Below, one piece after another: positions 19,005 to 29,842 of a stretch of DNA of 64,000 nucleotides. Source of the DNA: Chloroflexota bacterium (GTDB lineage Bacteria > Chloroflexota > Dehalococcoidia > GIF9 > AB-539-J10); assembly GCA_013388845.1 (NCBI GenBank), contig JACAEN010000016.1:21898-85897 (forward strand), in the 5' to 3' direction. Each line of letters opens with the position of its first letter. Within the stretch, counting starts at the first letter, position 1. The notes under the pieces were generated by a model that made no database searches, was not told where the DNA came from, and was given only the letters and a program-made list of their open reading frames with translations. The position numbers were made by a program, and so were the translations under genes.

Positions 19005-19650
19005 CAAATATATGTTTCCTTACCTTGGCCCACGTGCTGGCAAAATGAGCGAAATAGGTAGATTTTTGCCCGAATATTTTGCCCTGAGCTAAAGAATTTA
19101 GGAAGTCGTCAGGCCTCTCAAAGTCGGGCATTTCCACATATGCTCGACCAATTTCACTCAAAGTATGGGCATCGCTGCCAGCGGCGGCAGCTTTTCCCTG
19201 CTCTTGGGCTAGTTTCCCTGCTCTGGCGTTGCTACTAGAAAATGGTGTCCGAGAATTAAAAGTTTCGATAATATCGACCTGGGATAAGACTTCCGTCGAG
19301 GTTAGAGTATTAGTATTCCAGGGCAGCGACCTGCCGAACGGGTGGGGGATAGCCACCAGACCACCCTGGCTTCGGATTCGAGATATTGTTTCCTGGGGAG
19401 ATAATCCTCGGGGGATTTTTTCACTTAGAAACAGCCCCATTATTTCACCCGCAGGGGTTAAGATCTCCTCAGCAACGATTACTTTAAATGGGGCGGTCTC
19501 TTTTAACTTTAAGGCACCGGCAATGGTGTTGTGGTCGGCTACAGCAATACAATTTATGCCTAGCTCAAGGCAACGCTCGATTATTCGCTCCAAGGGTGTG
19601 AGACAATCTGTAGAATAGCAGGTATGGACATGTAAATCAGCTTTTATCAA
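18979..19650 (-). CDS. PHP domain phosphoesterase
   Basis: DLHVHT, ADHNT, EEI, HPF, GSDAH. Confidence 0.9.
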   Translation of the reverse strand: MIKADLHVHTCYSTDCLTPLERIIERCLELGINCIAVADHNTIAGALKLKETAPFKVIVAEEILTPAGEIMGLFLSEKIPRGLSPQETISRIRSQGGLVAIPHPFGRSLPWNTNTLTSTEVLSQVDIIETFNSRTPFSSSNARAGKLAQEQGKAAAAGSDAHTLSEIGRAYVEMPDFERPDDFLNSLAQGKIFGQKSTYFAHFASTWAKVRKHIFGDPSRSLS

Positions 19651-19651
19651 A

Positions 19652-20212
19652 TTAGCTTACCTTCTCTAGGTATGCTCCACTACGTGTATCAACTTTGACG
19701 ATGTCGCCTACATTAATAAAAAGAGGGACCTGGACTGTGACCCCCGTTTCTAGCTTAGCTGGTTTGGTGCCCGCGGTAGCTCTATCCCCCTTGAAGCCTG
19801 GCTCTGTCTCTGTAACCCGAAGCTCCACCGAATTAGGTAGCTCTATGGTCACTGTATTCCCCTTACAGGTCAGAATCTCTAGCATCAGCCCTTCTTTTAG
19901 ATATTTTGTGCCCTCTCCTATTTGAGCTGAGGTTAACATGATCTGCTCATAACTCTCATTATCCATGAAGTAGTAGAGGTCGCCATCGCTATAAAGGTAC
20001 TGGACTGGGCGATGCTCCAGAAATACAGTTGTAACTTTATCCCCGGATTGGAAATTCCGCTCAGTGAAATTCCCACTACGAACATCACGAAGTTTCAACT
20101 TGACCACAGGCTGCCTCTGCTGCATCTTAACGTGCTGGTATTCCAGAATTTGGTATATTACGCCGTCTAGTTCTATGGCGACTCCCTTTCTCAATTCTCC
20201 AGCATCAATCAT
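19652..20212 (-). CDS. efp: Elongation factor P
   Basis: ELRKGVAI, EPGFKGDRA, KPAKLETG, VPLFINVGD. Confidence 0.95.
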   Translation of the reverse strand: MIDAGELRKGVAIELDGVIYQILEYQHVKMQQRQPVVKLKLRDVRSGNFTERNFQSGDKVTTVFLEHRPVQYLYSDGDLYYFMDNESYEQIMLTSAQIGEGTKYLKEGLMLEILTCKGNTVTIELPNSVELRVTETEPGFKGDRATAGTKPAKLETGVTVQVPLFINVGDIVKVDTRSGAYLEKVS

Positions 20213-20275
20213 TTAGAAACCTCCGTGTTTGTCAATAGAGAATTGTTACTTCGTCCTCTTCGTTCCCTGTTAGAA

Positions 20276-21382
20276 TCACAAATCCTTCTTGGTCTTGGTG
20301 AGCACTTTGGCCTTGCCCTTTTCTAGAACCACCATATCTTCAATCCTAACACCACCCTGCCCAGCAAGGTAAATTCCTGGTTCTATGGTAAAAACCATGC
20401 CGTCGGCCAGTGAATCAGAGGAGCTAGGATTAAGCGTGGGGGATTCATGCGTTGCCAGACCAACACCATGCCCTAAGCCGTGTCCAAAGGTATCTCCATA
20501 GCCAGCTTGTTCAATAACGCTTCGAGCTAATCGATCTGCTTCAGAGGCGTTCATGCCTGATTCAATTCTCTGTATGGCTGCAGCCTGTGCATTGATAACT
20601 ATATTATAAATTTCCCGGAAGATTTTGTCTGCTTTGCCCCAAAATAAGGTGCGACTAAAGTCGCTGGAATAACCGCTGATTCTAGCCCCCATATCAATCA
20701 ACACTGGCTCACCAGAGCTAATTAGTTTTTCTGTCGGTCTGGCATGAGGCAAAGCTGAATTTGCGCCTGAAGCCACAATGATTTCGAAGGGCATCCCTTC
20801 GCTTCCTGTCTGGCGAAGGAATTTTTCTATCTCCCAGGCTGCCTCCTTTTCTGTCATGCCCGGATGAATCATTTCCTTTACCTGTTCAAAGGCAGAAGTG
20901 GTTATCTGCGCCGCCCTCAGGATAAACTCTAATTCTTCGGGCTCTTTTATGGAACGAAGCTGCTCTACTACGCCGGTGGTGGGAACAAGCTCAAGCTTTA
21001 CTTGCTTGACTTTTATGGCCTCGCTGAGTTTGTGATAACCTTCATAGGAAACAACATTTGCCTCGAAGCCTAATTTGCGCCACCCAAAATTAGAGACCAG
21101 ACCGGGAAGCCAGGCATGCAGCTCTTGCCTAGTCTGGATGATTTCAAAATCTGGCGACTCACTCTTAGCTTGCTCCACATAGCGAAAGTCAGTAGCTAAA
21201 ATAGCATTTTTTTCTGAAATGAGTAGCCATCCAGAAGAGCCGGTAAATCCCGAGAGGTAACGAAGGTTTTCCGGCTGGGAAATCAGGAGAGCGTCTAACC
21301 CCTTTTCGCCGATCGACGTTCGCAGCTTCTGCAATCGCTTTATTCCTGACTTTTTCCTCGGGCCTTTAGCAATTCTGTTCAT
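20276..21382 (-). CDS. Xaa-Pro aminopeptidase (M24B)
   Basis: Creatinase-like N-domain, IDMGA, SDFSRT, HGLGHGVG, TIEPGIY, GVRIEDMV. Confidence 0.93.
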   Translation of the reverse strand: MNRIAKGPRKKSGIKRLQKLRTSIGEKGLDALLISQPENLRYLSGFTGSSGWLLISEKNAILATDFRYVEQAKSESPDFEIIQTRQELHAWLPGLVSNFGWRKLGFEANVVSYEGYHKLSEAIKVKQVKLELVPTTGVVEQLRSIKEPEELEFILRAAQITTSAFEQVKEMIHPGMTEKEAAWEIEKFLRQTGSEGMPFEIIVASGANSALPHARPTEKLISSGEPVLIDMGARISGYSSDFSRTLFWGKADKIFREIYNIVINAQAAAIQRIESGMNASEADRLARSVIEQAGYGDTFGHGLGHGVGLATHESPTLNPSSSDSLADGMVFTIEPGIYLAGQGGVRIEDMVVLEKGKAKVLTKTKKDL

Positions 21383-21492
21383 CGTTTCGAGTTTCCCTCT
21401 ATCTATAAACTTCTCTAGCTTGCTTCAATAAGCTGATTACAATGCTTCCAATGTCAGCCTACCAGGAAAATTTGGCCATGTTTCAGATAAAC

Positions 21493-21519
21493 AAAAACCC
21501 ACGTCCGGTGGGACGTGGG
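21493..21519 (-). terminator. Intrinsic terminator in the leader of the peptidase-efp operon
   Basis: Minus strand cccacgtcc-cacc-ggacgtggg followed by TTTTT. Confidence 0.8.
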
Positions 21520-21547
21520 GCACACACGCCTCAATCACAGACCTACA

Positions 21548-21631
21548 CTAAAGGAAGTCCCACCACCATCGAACGAAGATGATGCTCCGTCGGCATTCAT
21601 GGTCGGGGTCTAAGGATGATTTCATTTTCAT
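21548..21631 (-). CDS. Putative Trp-rich attenuator leader peptide
   Basis: MKMKSSLDPDHECRRSIIFVRWWWDFL*, located between a consensus promoter and a terminator. Confidence 0.6.
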   Translation of the reverse strand: MKMKSSLDPDHECRRSIIFVRWWWDFL

Positions 21632-21654
21632 AGGTACATCTCGTTCCAAAAGGG

Positions 21655-21683
21655 ATTATAGCCTGCTCATACAAGCATGTCAA
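21655..21683 (-). promoter_or_regulatory. Consensus sigma70 promoter
   Basis: TTGACA-17 bp-TATAAT, exact match. Confidence 0.8.
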
Positions 21684-21873
21684 TTTAAGAACGCTGAGAT
21701 GGCAACAAGAGATGGTTTATTGTTTAACGAGAATTGTATCAATTAATCCAAGCTATATTTTGTACAATTTGTTAAGAAAAGTCTAGGTGAAGGAAGTCCT
21801 ACATCCGGGCTGATCTAGTTCAGATCGATGGGTGACACTTTATATGTTTGTAACGTTGGGTAATAACCTCTCT

Positions 21874-21974
21874 GTCATTGCGAGCCCCGACTTGTCGGGG
21901 CGTGGCAATCTCTATCCCCCTCAGCCAACAAGATTGCTTTATCGCCCCGATTCATCGGGGCTCCTCGCAATGAC
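21874..21974. repeat. Inverted doublet of REP-like type I elements
   Basis: gtcattgcgag-ccccgacttgtcgggg-cgtggcaatctc ... agattgctttatcg-ccccgattcatcgggg-ctcctcgcaatgac. Confidence 0.88.
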
Positions 21975-22013
21975 AAAAAAAGTGTCACTATCCATATGCA
22001 CGAGTACAAGGGC

Positions 22014-22041
22014 TTGACAGGTGCCATTGAAGTAGTATAAA
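22014..22041 (+). promoter_or_regulatory. Probable sigma70 promoter
   Basis: TTGACA-16-TATAAA. Confidence 0.5.
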
Positions 22042-22068
22042 GTACTAGCCCAAAAGTACTATACCAGG

Positions 22069-22902
22069 GTGCCGGGTGGCGTAATACAAGTCAGGAATCT
22101 TGAACAAACCAAATTATTAATCAACACGAGCAAGGGTGTGCACAGGAAGAGGCGCTTCTTAATATTTTTGACCTATGTGACCACACTTGTCTTGCTCATC
22201 GCATCCGGGTTGAGCTGCTCCAGCGGCGTCGCTGCTCGCGATGTCTCGGCTGCTAACGGGCTCCCGAAGACGGAGTCTGAATTCAAGTCCTACATCACGC
22301 CCCGGTGTCCTCAGGTTGTGGGAACCTTGCGAAGTATTCTCGGTGATCCTCCATACGAAATTTCTCAAACTGGCTTCGACGATATCCGAACCTGGGTCGC
22401 TAATGAAATAGATTATATCTCTGATGAAAAGCGATTGGGCGGAGACCATTGGCAAACCCCTGAGGAAACCCTGCGCCTGGGCACCGGAGATTGCGAGGAC
22501 TTTTCTATCCTGCTGTGCTCTCTTCTTAGAGCTTATGGCATCGATGCAGAGCGGGTCTATGTCGCTATTGGCATTAACGATGAGAAAGATGAACACGCTT
22601 TCCTGATAGAGGATTGGAATTGCGACGGAGAATGGCGGAGGATAGAGCCCCAAGCTCCTGCCCAAACCCCTTCTTCATATCCCCTGCTCAGCTTTCTGAT
22701 GTCGCACCCAGATTCCAGACTAGACAAATACAAGATTACCGCAGCCTTTAATGACCTCTATTACCATAATGATGAACCTTTTTCACGGAGCGAAGGTCAA
22801 GCAAACGTTTGGACATTAGCTAAGACAATAAGCACTGTCGGCAATACTGTGCAGCGATTGATACGACTCGCGCGGTATCTGTTGGGACTCGTATTCAGCT
22901 AA
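22069..22902 (+). CDS. Transglutaminase-like cysteine peptidase domain protein, probably exported (start uncertain)
   Basis: WQTPEETLRLGTGDCEDFSILL, EHAF. Hydrophobic segment ending LSC. Confidence 0.8.
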   Translation: MPGGVIQVRNLEQTKLLINTSKGVHRKRRFLIFLTYVTTLVLLIASGLSCSSGVAARDVSAANGLPKTESEFKSYITPRCPQVVGTLRSILGDPPYEISQTGFDDIRTWVANEIDYISDEKRLGGDHWQTPEETLRLGTGDCEDFSILLCSLLRAYGIDAERVYVAIGINDEKDEHAFLIEDWNCDGEWRRIEPQAPAQTPSSYPLLSFLMSHPDSRLDKYKITAAFNDLYYHNDEPFSRSEGQANVWTLAKTISTVGNTVQRLIRLARYLLGLVFS

Positions 22903-22924
22903 GACCAACAGGATATATCCTGGA

Positions 22925-23530
22925 CTAATAGCAATACCTCGATTTCGAAAACCTTTCCAGCTTTTGTCTCAACGCCATCAGATTGACGACATCTTCCTTG
23001 TTGTATTCCAGCAACAAATCCAACGCCTTTCGGTCATTGTGAATCTGATATCTCCACCAAAGTATCACCGCCTCAGCTCCACCGATATCCCGCAGCCGTC
23101 GAGGAATACCTAACTGCCGCTCTATGGCTTTGAAGCCGCCATACAAATCATTCTTCCAGCAATCATGCATCAGGTCATGATGACGAAAATGTTCTCTCAG
23201 ATTTACCCCCAGACGGAACCTGATAAAGGGGAGGTCAAAACGGCTGCCATTGTACGTATAAATTGTGCCCACAAAACGCAAGGTCCTGAGCAAGTTAGAC
23301 CTGGTTACATCTGCCCCAACAAGTTGAACCAATTCATGTTCACTGCCGTTGGCCAGACAAATACCGACAACAGTTATCTCATCATAGAACGAGCATAACC
23401 CTGTGGTTTCAATATCGAGATAAGCATCAAATAGCTGTCCCAATCTGTTGCCTGCCTTTTCAACACTGTTATTCTGACATATGATAGCATATATAGGGAA
23501 GGTGGCGCAGCTTCGTGGTCTTACGTTCAC
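22925..23530 (-). CDS. RNase H-like exonuclease (YprB/RNase_H_2 family). True start may be TTG 23443
   Basis: YLDIETTGL, TYNGSRFDLPF, YNKEDV. Confidence 0.85.
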   Translation of the reverse strand: MNVRPRSCATFPIYAIICQNNSVEKAGNRLGQLFDAYLDIETTGLCSFYDEITVVGICLANGSEHELVQLVGADVTRSNLLRTLRFVGTIYTYNGSRFDLPFIRFRLGVNLREHFRHHDLMHDCWKNDLYGGFKAIERQLGIPRRLRDIGGAEAVILWWRYQIHNDRKALDLLLEYNKEDVVNLMALRQKLERFSKSRYCY

Positions 23531-23598
23531 TACATGGTATCATTGCGATTTAGGAGCAAAGAGGCATTTAGCTAAACAATTGGAGAAGGAGAGCGAAT

Positions 23599-23808
23599 AT
23601 GAGAGAGTGCACCGTGGAGCAAAATAAGGAAAAATGTAATTGCACCTATGAGCCATGCAGCAGGAAAGGCATTTGCTGCGAATGTATAAGATACCATTGG
23701 CGGTCAGGCGAGTTGCCAGCCTGCTTTTTCCCCGACGATGTGGAGAAGACGTATGACCGCTCTATCAAAAGATTTATCGAGACCTGTCAAAAAAGAGGAC
23801 GGCGGTGA
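23599..23808 (+). CDS. Small Cys-rich hypothetical protein (DUF6485-like)
   Basis: [18 protein letters not shown]...ELPACFF...TYDRS. AGGAG RBS. Confidence 0.75.
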   Translation: MRECTVEQNKEKCNCTYEPCSRKGICCECIRYHWRSGELPACFFPDDVEKTYDRSIKRFIETCQKRGRR

Positions 23809-23866
23809 ATAACGACCCCAAAATAGACAAGCAGATTGCTGGATAGTTTGATATACTTTTTCTAAT

Positions 23867-24580
23867 ATGGCCAGGATAGATAACCGAGCTGACAACGAGC
23901 TTCGCCCTGTGCGCATAATCTTGGGCTACCAGAGTTTTGCGGAAGGCTCAGCTCTAATTGAACTGGGGCAAACAAGGGTGTTGTGCTCTGTAAGCCTGGA
24001 AGAAAAGGTGCCCACCTTTCTGAAAGGTGGCAGCCAGGGTTGGGTTACTGCGGAGTATGCTATGTTGCCTCGCTCCACAGTTACTCGCACACCACGCGAC
24101 AAGGCAGAAGGAAGAAGCCAAGAAATCCAACGCCTGATTGGTCGCAGTTTAAGAGCAGTGACTAACTTAGCCATTCTGGGAGAAAAAACATTTATAGTAG
24201 ATTGTGATGTCTTGCAAGCAGACGGCGGCACCAGAACCGCAGCGATAACAGGTGGATATGTTGCTCTGTATCACGCTTTTCATAATTTAAGAAAACAGGG
24301 CGTCTTGCCTTTTATGCCATTAACTAAAATGATAGCCGCCACCAGCGTGGGCATTGTGAATGGCAATATGCTACTTGACCTTTGTTACGAAGAGGATTAC
24401 CAAGCGGAAGTTGATTTCAACGTAGTCATGACCGACAAAAATGAGTTTGTGGAAATTCAGGGAACTGCCGAGGGCAAGCCTTTCTCGAAAGAAACTGCCG
24501 ATGCCTTACTTTCTTTAGCCCAGCAAGGGATAGCTAAATTGTTCAAAATTCAAAAGGAAACCTTAAGGGCTTTGTCTTAA
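23867..24580 (+). CDS. rph: Ribonuclease PH
   Basis: [40 protein letters not shown]. Confidence 0.96.
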   Translation: MARIDNRADNELRPVRIILGYQSFAEGSALIELGQTRVLCSVSLEEKVPTFLKGGSQGWVTAEYAMLPRSTVTRTPRDKAEGRSQEIQRLIGRSLRAVTNLAILGEKTFIVDCDVLQADGGTRTAAITGGYVALYHAFHNLRKQGVLPFMPLTKMIAATSVGIVNGNMLLDLCYEEDYQAEVDFNVVMTDKNEFVEIQGTAEGKPFSKETADALLSLAQQGIAKLFKIQKETLRALS

Positions 24581-24698
24581 ATTTACCTGTAGGTCCCTCG
24601 CTTTTGCCTGTCTTATTATCGCTGGGTTGCGTTTGCATTGACAATCACCCTGTTTTATACTTTAGTTTTGCTACGACTCATACGAGGTTTTTAGTAAG

Positions 24699-25994
24699 AT
24701 GACCCAGATGAAGTTAGCACGGAAGGGCACTGTTTCACCCCAGATAAAGCACGTGGCTGAAAAGGAAGGTATAGAGACTGATTTCGTCCTTCGAGGCCTG
24801 ACTGAGGGTGAAATCATAATACCGGCTAACATTAATCACACAAATTTAATTCCCTGTGGCATAGGCAAGGGGCTGAGGACCAAGGTCAATGCTAACATAG
24901 GCACATCCTCAGATTTTTGCGATTTGAACACGGAATTAAGGAAATTACAGACCGCCATTGACTTTGGTGCGGACACTGTGATGGACCTGAGTACTGGAGG
25001 CGATATTTCAGCTATCAGGAGAGCTATCATGCGGGCTAGCACCTTGCCCGTGGGGACAGTGCCCATTTACCAGGCAGGTATTGAAGCTATCGAGAATCAT
25101 GGAGCCATCGTAAACATGAGCGTGGACGAGATTTTCGCGGTAATCGAAGAACATGCTAAAGACGGTGCTGATTTTATGACCGTCCACTGCGGAGTGACCC
25201 AGGAATCTCTAGCCAGACTTAAAAAGCAAGGTAGGAAGACGGACATAGTGTCTCGGGGGGGAGCTTTTCTCATCGGCTGGATGCTCCACAATGATAAAGA
25301 AAATCCCTTATATCAATATTATGACCGCCTGCTGGATTTGGCTCTGGAATACGATTTTTCTTTAAGTTTGGGCGACGGTTTGCGTCCCGGATGCTTAGCT
25401 GATGCCACCGACAGGGCTCAAATCCAGGAATTGATTATCCTTGGCGAATTGGTAGAACGCGCTAGAGAAGCCGGTGTTCAAGCTATGGTGGAAGGGCCTG
25501 GCCATTTACCACTGCATCAAATCGCCGCCAATGTTCAATTGGAAAAAAGTCTTTGCCGTGGGGCACCTTTCTACGTCCTCGGTCCTTTAGTGACTGACAT
25601 AGGTGCTGGCTACGACCACATTACTGCTGCTATCGGAGGAGCAGTTGCTGCTGCCGCTGGCGCAGATTTTTTGTGCTATGTTACGCCCACTGAGCATCTT
25701 TCCCTCCCCGCCGCAGAGGATGTTAAAGTTGGGGTAATCGCCTCTCGTATAGCTGCTCATGCTGCCGATATTGTTAAGGGCATAAGAGGTGCCCAAGAGT
25801 GGGATGAGCGAATGTCCAAGGCGCGCAAGGCCCTTGACTGGGAAACCCAAGCTAAGCTATCTCTTGACCCGGAACTTTCCCGGCAAGTCCATAGTAAGAT
25901 ACCGGCTAGTGGAGTGACTTGCAGCATGTGCGGTAAGTATTGCGCCATGGCAATAGTAGAGAAATACCTCGGCATCTCAGCAACCAAATGCTGA
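24699..25994 (+). CDS. thiC: Phosphomethylpyrimidine synthase
   Basis: [39 protein letters not shown] BzaA/B/F paralog is not excluded. Confidence 0.88.
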   Translation: MTQMKLARKGTVSPQIKHVAEKEGIETDFVLRGLTEGEIIIPANINHTNLIPCGIGKGLRTKVNANIGTSSDFCDLNTELRKLQTAIDFGADTVMDLSTGGDISAIRRAIMRASTLPVGTVPIYQAGIEAIENHGAIVNMSVDEIFAVIEEHAKDGADFMTVHCGVTQESLARLKKQGRKTDIVSRGGAFLIGWMLHNDKENPLYQYYDRLLDLALEYDFSLSLGDGLRPGCLADATDRAQIQELIILGELVERAREAGVQAMVEGPGHLPLHQIAANVQLEKSLCRGAPFYVLGPLVTDIGAGYDHITAAIGGAVAAAAGADFLCYVTPTEHLSLPAAEDVKVGVIASRIAAHAADIVKGIRGAQEWDERMSKARKALDWETQAKLSLDPELSRQVHSKIPASGVTCSMCGKYCAMAIVEKYLGISATKC

Positions 25995-26002
25995 AGCAAC
26001 CG

Positions 26003-26019
26003 TCCCGATGGAGTCGGGA
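26003..26019. repeat. CCCGA-N-TCGGG short hairpin, intergenic
   Basis: tcccgat-gga-gtcggga. Confidence 0.55.
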
Positions 26020-26036
26020 TAGTTTATAGCTGAAAA

Positions 26037-27257
26037 ATGAAAGCGGAAATCATACCTGTTGGCACAGAAATTTTGCTGGGCAATATAGTTGATACTAATT
26101 CCTGCTTCCTAGCCAATCAATTACCTCTGCTGGGAATTGACTTATATTTTATCTCTACAGTGGGCGACAATGAGAAGAGATTAGTCGATACCTTAAAACG
26201 AGCCTGGAGGAGAGCAGACCTTATTATCACCACAGGCGGATTGGGACCTACCGAAGATGATATTACCCGCGAGGCCATTGGCAAACTGGTAGGTGAGGAG
26301 CTGAAAGTTGATGACAAGTTATGGCAAGAATTAAAAGACTGGCTCCGCCGCTACCCTGGGAAAATGCCGCAAAGCAATATGAAACAGGCAACTATCATCC
26401 CTTCGGCTCGAGTAATTCCTAACCGTATGGGGACAGCCCCTGGTTGGTGGGTTGAGAAAGACAACCACATAATTATAGCTCTCCCCGGACCACATGATGA
26501 GATGAAATTGATGTGGCAGGAAGGCGTGTTGCCCAAGCTGGAGCAAAAAGTAACCGGAGAGGTTATCCTATCTAGAGTAATTAAGACTTTTCGACTAGCC
26601 GAAGCTAAGGTAGAGGAACTAGTAGCTCATCTTTCTAAACTATCCAACCCTACTTTGGCTACTTACATCAACCCCGACGGTGTTTATCTACGTATCACAG
26701 CCAAAGCAAAAAACAAAACAGAGGCTCAACGCCTTATTTCCCAAAGCGAAGAACAAATTCAAACCATCCTTTGTCCCTATATTTGGGGGGTAGACGATGA
26801 TACTCTGGACTCAGTTGTTGGGAAGTTGCTCAGAGCTAGAAACTTGAGTCTAGCCACCATGGAATCTTGCACCGAGGGGCTTCTCTGCAGTACTATTGCC
26901 AGTGGTCCGGAAAGCCATACTTATTTCAAGGGCGGATTGCTAGCCTGTTGCAATGAAGCTAAGACAGCTTATGGTGTGGAGACCTCCATTATGGAGCGCT
27001 ACGGCAATGAGAATACCCAGGTAGCTAAGGCCATGGCTGAGACGGCACGCAGGAAATTGAAAACCGATATCGGCCTGAGCGTGGGGGGTAACCTGAATCC
27101 CGATAAAAATTCCGGCGATGCCTTCGTAGGCCTGAGCAGTGATAAATTTGAGCAAACGTTCACCCATATACTCCGCGGAAATCGCTCAAGAATGAAGCAA
27201 AGAGCAGTTTTTGCTGCCCTTTTTGATTTAAGAAATATGTTGCTCGAGGAGGTCTAA
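26037..27257 (+). CDS. cinA: CinA family protein (MoCF/PPase plus NMN deamidase domains)
   Basis: VGTEILLGNIVDTNS, TGGLGPTEDDITRE, GTAPG, ESCT, NEAK. Confidence 0.9.
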   Translation: MKAEIIPVGTEILLGNIVDTNSCFLANQLPLLGIDLYFISTVGDNEKRLVDTLKRAWRRADLIITTGGLGPTEDDITREAIGKLVGEELKVDDKLWQELKDWLRRYPGKMPQSNMKQATIIPSARVIPNRMGTAPGWWVEKDNHIIIALPGPHDEMKLMWQEGVLPKLEQKVTGEVILSRVIKTFRLAEAKVEELVAHLSKLSNPTLATYINPDGVYLRITAKAKNKTEAQRLISQSEEQIQTILCPYIWGVDDDTLDSVVGKLLRARNLSLATMESCTEGLLCSTIASGPESHTYFKGGLLACCNEAKTAYGVETSIMERYGNENTQVAKAMAETARRKLKTDIGLSVGGNLNPDKNSGDAFVGLSSDKFEQTFTHILRGNRSRMKQRAVFAALFDLRNMLLEEV

Positions 27258-27661
27258 TGCACTTAATTATAGATGGCTATTCCAGCAACCAAAAAATTCT
27301 CCGGGACGAAGATTTCCTTCGGAAGTGGTTGGAAAATTATCCCGCCAAGATTGGAATGACCAGGATTTCACCGCCATATGTGATCAAATATATCGGACCA
27401 GTGCTGGAGGATTGGGGGATATCAGGATTTGTTTTCATAGCAGAAAGCCACATTGGCATCCATACCTTTGTTGAACGGAATTACGTTAACATCGATGTTT
27501 TCTCTTGTAAGGATTTTGATACTGAGAAAGCAATAAAAGATTTTCGAGAGGGATTTCAGCTGGCTAAATTGCGAACCTGCCTGATTGACAGAGAATGGCC
27601 CAAAAACTCCGATTTCATCGGAGCAATGGCCAACCCCCAAAGTTTTGTTTACCATGAATGA
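27257..27661 (+). CDS. speD: S-adenosylmethionine decarboxylase proenzyme
   Basis: GISGFVFIAESHIGIHT pyruvoyl site, IDVFSC. Confidence 0.88.
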   Translation: MHLIIDGYSSNQKILRDEDFLRKWLENYPAKIGMTRISPPYVIKYIGPVLEDWGISGFVFIAESHIGIHTFVERNYVNIDVFSCKDFDTEKAIKDFREGFQLAKLRTCLIDREWPKNSDFIGAMANPQSFVYHE

Positions 27662-28577
27662 CTACGACTACCATCCTGAGCCTTTCACCTGGGGGCATGA
27701 AGAAAAATTTCTGCCAAATCGGGTGTTTGCTGGATTAGAACCACCTTATTCAAATCTACAGCAAGCCAAGACTGCAATTCTGCCTGTCCCCTACGACGGC
27801 ACCAGTGAATGGCGGGGCGGATCTCGCCACGCCCCGCAGGCTATTATCGACGCCTCCCAGTATTTAGAGCTTTATGATTTAGAACTGGACCGCGAGATAT
27901 ATAAGGTTGGCATTTCTACCCTGCCCGAGGTAGAACCTTTGCTGAGCAGCCCCCAGGACATGATTGACAGGGTTTATCAAGTGATTAAAGGCTTAATACA
28001 AAAGGAGAAATTTGTAGTGTTGCTTGGCGGAGAACACTCCCTGGCTTGGGGAGCGGTCCGGGCTTTCAAAGAAACATTCCCCGGACTTTCTGTGTTGCAA
28101 CTGGATGCTCATGCTGACCTTCGAGATGAATATCTGGGAACTAAATATAGCCAGGCTTGTGTTATGCGCCGCATCTTTGAGCTTTGTCCTATTACTCAAG
28201 TGGGAATACGCAGTCTGAGCCAGGAAGAAAAACAATTCTTAACGCAGAACAAGCTGACGCCTTTCTACATGTCTGATTTGGCATCAAATACAGCCTACAT
28301 ACAGCAGATAGTGAACTCAGTTAGCGAGGATGTATATATCACCATAGATGTAGATGCCCTAGACCCCTCCATTATGCCAGCAGTAGGCACTCCCGAGCCC
28401 GACGGCATGTCCTGGCGGCAAGTGTTGGATATAATAAAATCGGTCGCCCTTCACAAGCACGTAGTGGGCTTCGATTTAATGGAATTTTGTCCTGCCGAGG
28501 GGCCAGGATCTTGCGCTTTTCTACTGGCTAAATTGGCTTACAAGCTTATCGGTTACGCTGTGCCGCAAGAAGGATGA
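27654..28577 (+). CDS. speB: Agmatinase
   Basis: GGEHS, DAHADL, IDVDALDP, GTPEPDG. Start placed at MNDYDY. Confidence 0.92.
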   Translation: MNDYDYHPEPFTWGHEEKFLPNRVFAGLEPPYSNLQQAKTAILPVPYDGTSEWRGGSRHAPQAIIDASQYLELYDLELDREIYKVGISTLPEVEPLLSSPQDMIDRVYQVIKGLIQKEKFVVLLGGEHSLAWGAVRAFKETFPGLSVLQLDAHADLRDEYLGTKYSQACVMRRIFELCPITQVGIRSLSQEEKQFLTQNKLTPFYMSDLASNTAYIQQIVNSVSEDVYITIDVDALDPSIMPAVGTPEPDGMSWRQVLDIIKSVALHKHVVGFDLMEFCPAEGPGSCAFLLAKLAYKLIGYAVPQEG

Positions 28578-29713
28578 TGAGGGGCAATATAAGTCTAGGC
28601 AAGATCTTCGGTATTCCTCTGCGACTCCATTATACCTGGTTTATCATCTTTGCTCTGGTAACCTCTTCTCTCGTACTTTACCCCTTAGTAGAGCCTCCTT
28701 ACCCTCCTATAGAACAGAGGATAATTTCGGGCATATTAACCAGCCTCCTCTTTTTTGCTTCCATCATTACCCACGAGCTAGCCCACAGCATCTTAGCCAT
28801 TCGTAACAATATCCCGGTTAAAGAAATTACCCTCTTTGTTTTCGGCGGTGTTTCTCAGATAACTAAAGAGGCGACCCACCCCCGAGCAGAACTTTTAATA
28901 GCCATAGTCGGCCCTTTAACCAGCCTGGCCCTAGCCGGTATTTTCTACGGATTGCATCTTTTACTGGCTGGAACCCAGCAAATCCTAGCTGCCAGCTTAA
29001 TGCAATGGCTAGCTTGGATAAATGTGTTTTTAGCTGCATTCAACTTAATCCCCGGTTTTCCCTTAGACGGAGGCAGAATATTCCGTGCCCTTGTCTGGCG
29101 AAAGACTCAGGATTACCACAAGGCAACCCGCATCGCCACCAAGGTGGGGCAGGGGATAGCTTATGCCCTTATCGCCGGAGGCATCGCCCTGATCCTTATC
29201 TTCCGTCTATGGTCTAACGGCATGTGGCTAATATTCATCGGCTGGTTTCTTAGCGATGCAGCCAGAGCTAGCTATCAGCAGATTTTGCTCCGAGATGCCC
29301 TTGCTGGTGTCACAGCACGCCAGGTTACGGATTACGGTTCTCCCTTGATCCCACCCCATATGAATCTAATGGAGCTAGTCCAGCAATATGTATTGCCCAC
29401 AGGACGAACTTGCTTCCTAGTAAGCTGGGGAGCTGAATTAGAAGGCATGGTCACACTGCAGCAGATAAAGAAAGTCCCCCGCACCCGTTGGGCAATTACT
29501 TCTGTGCAGGATATCATGACCCCCGCCAGCAAATTAAAGGTAGCCTATGCCGACGAGGATCTCTTGAGTGTGCTCCAAGACATGAACGGTGAAAGTGCCG
29601 AGCACATACCAGTAATAGAAGCCGGGAATGTTGTTGGAATAATAAACCGAGAGGATATAGCTCGCTTCCTTCGCACCCGAGCCGAGTTCGGGGCAAGTTC
29701 AACGCCTAGATAG
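28574..29713 (+). CDS. Site-2 protease (M50) with CBS domains
   Basis: HELAH, NLIPGFPLDGG, C-terminal CBS pair. Confidence 0.92.
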   Translation: MMRGNISLGKIFGIPLRLHYTWFIIFALVTSSLVLYPLVEPPYPPIEQRIISGILTSLLFFASIITHELAHSILAIRNNIPVKEITLFVFGGVSQITKEATHPRAELLIAIVGPLTSLALAGIFYGLHLLLAGTQQILAASLMQWLAWINVFLAAFNLIPGFPLDGGRIFRALVWRKTQDYHKATRIATKVGQGIAYALIAGGIALILIFRLWSNGMWLIFIGWFLSDAARASYQQILLRDALAGVTARQVTDYGSPLIPPHMNLMELVQQYVLPTGRTCFLVSWGAELEGMVTLQQIKKVPRTRWAITSVQDIMTPASKLKVAYADEDLLSVLQDMNGESAEHIPVIEAGNVVGIINREDIARFLRTRAEFGASSTPR

Positions 29714-29769
29714 CTGTTATCGAGACGCTAGAATAATATTCCCCATCCAGGAATGTTCATCATCTGATG

Positions 29770-29842
<73 letters not shown>

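Noticed and set aside
22040-22061. aagtacta direct repeat near a promoter
   Set aside because: Two 8-mers with no regulator nearby are insufficient evidence.
24580-24699. TPP riboswitch upstream of thiC
   Set aside because: No CTGAGA or AACCTGA core, and the gap is short.
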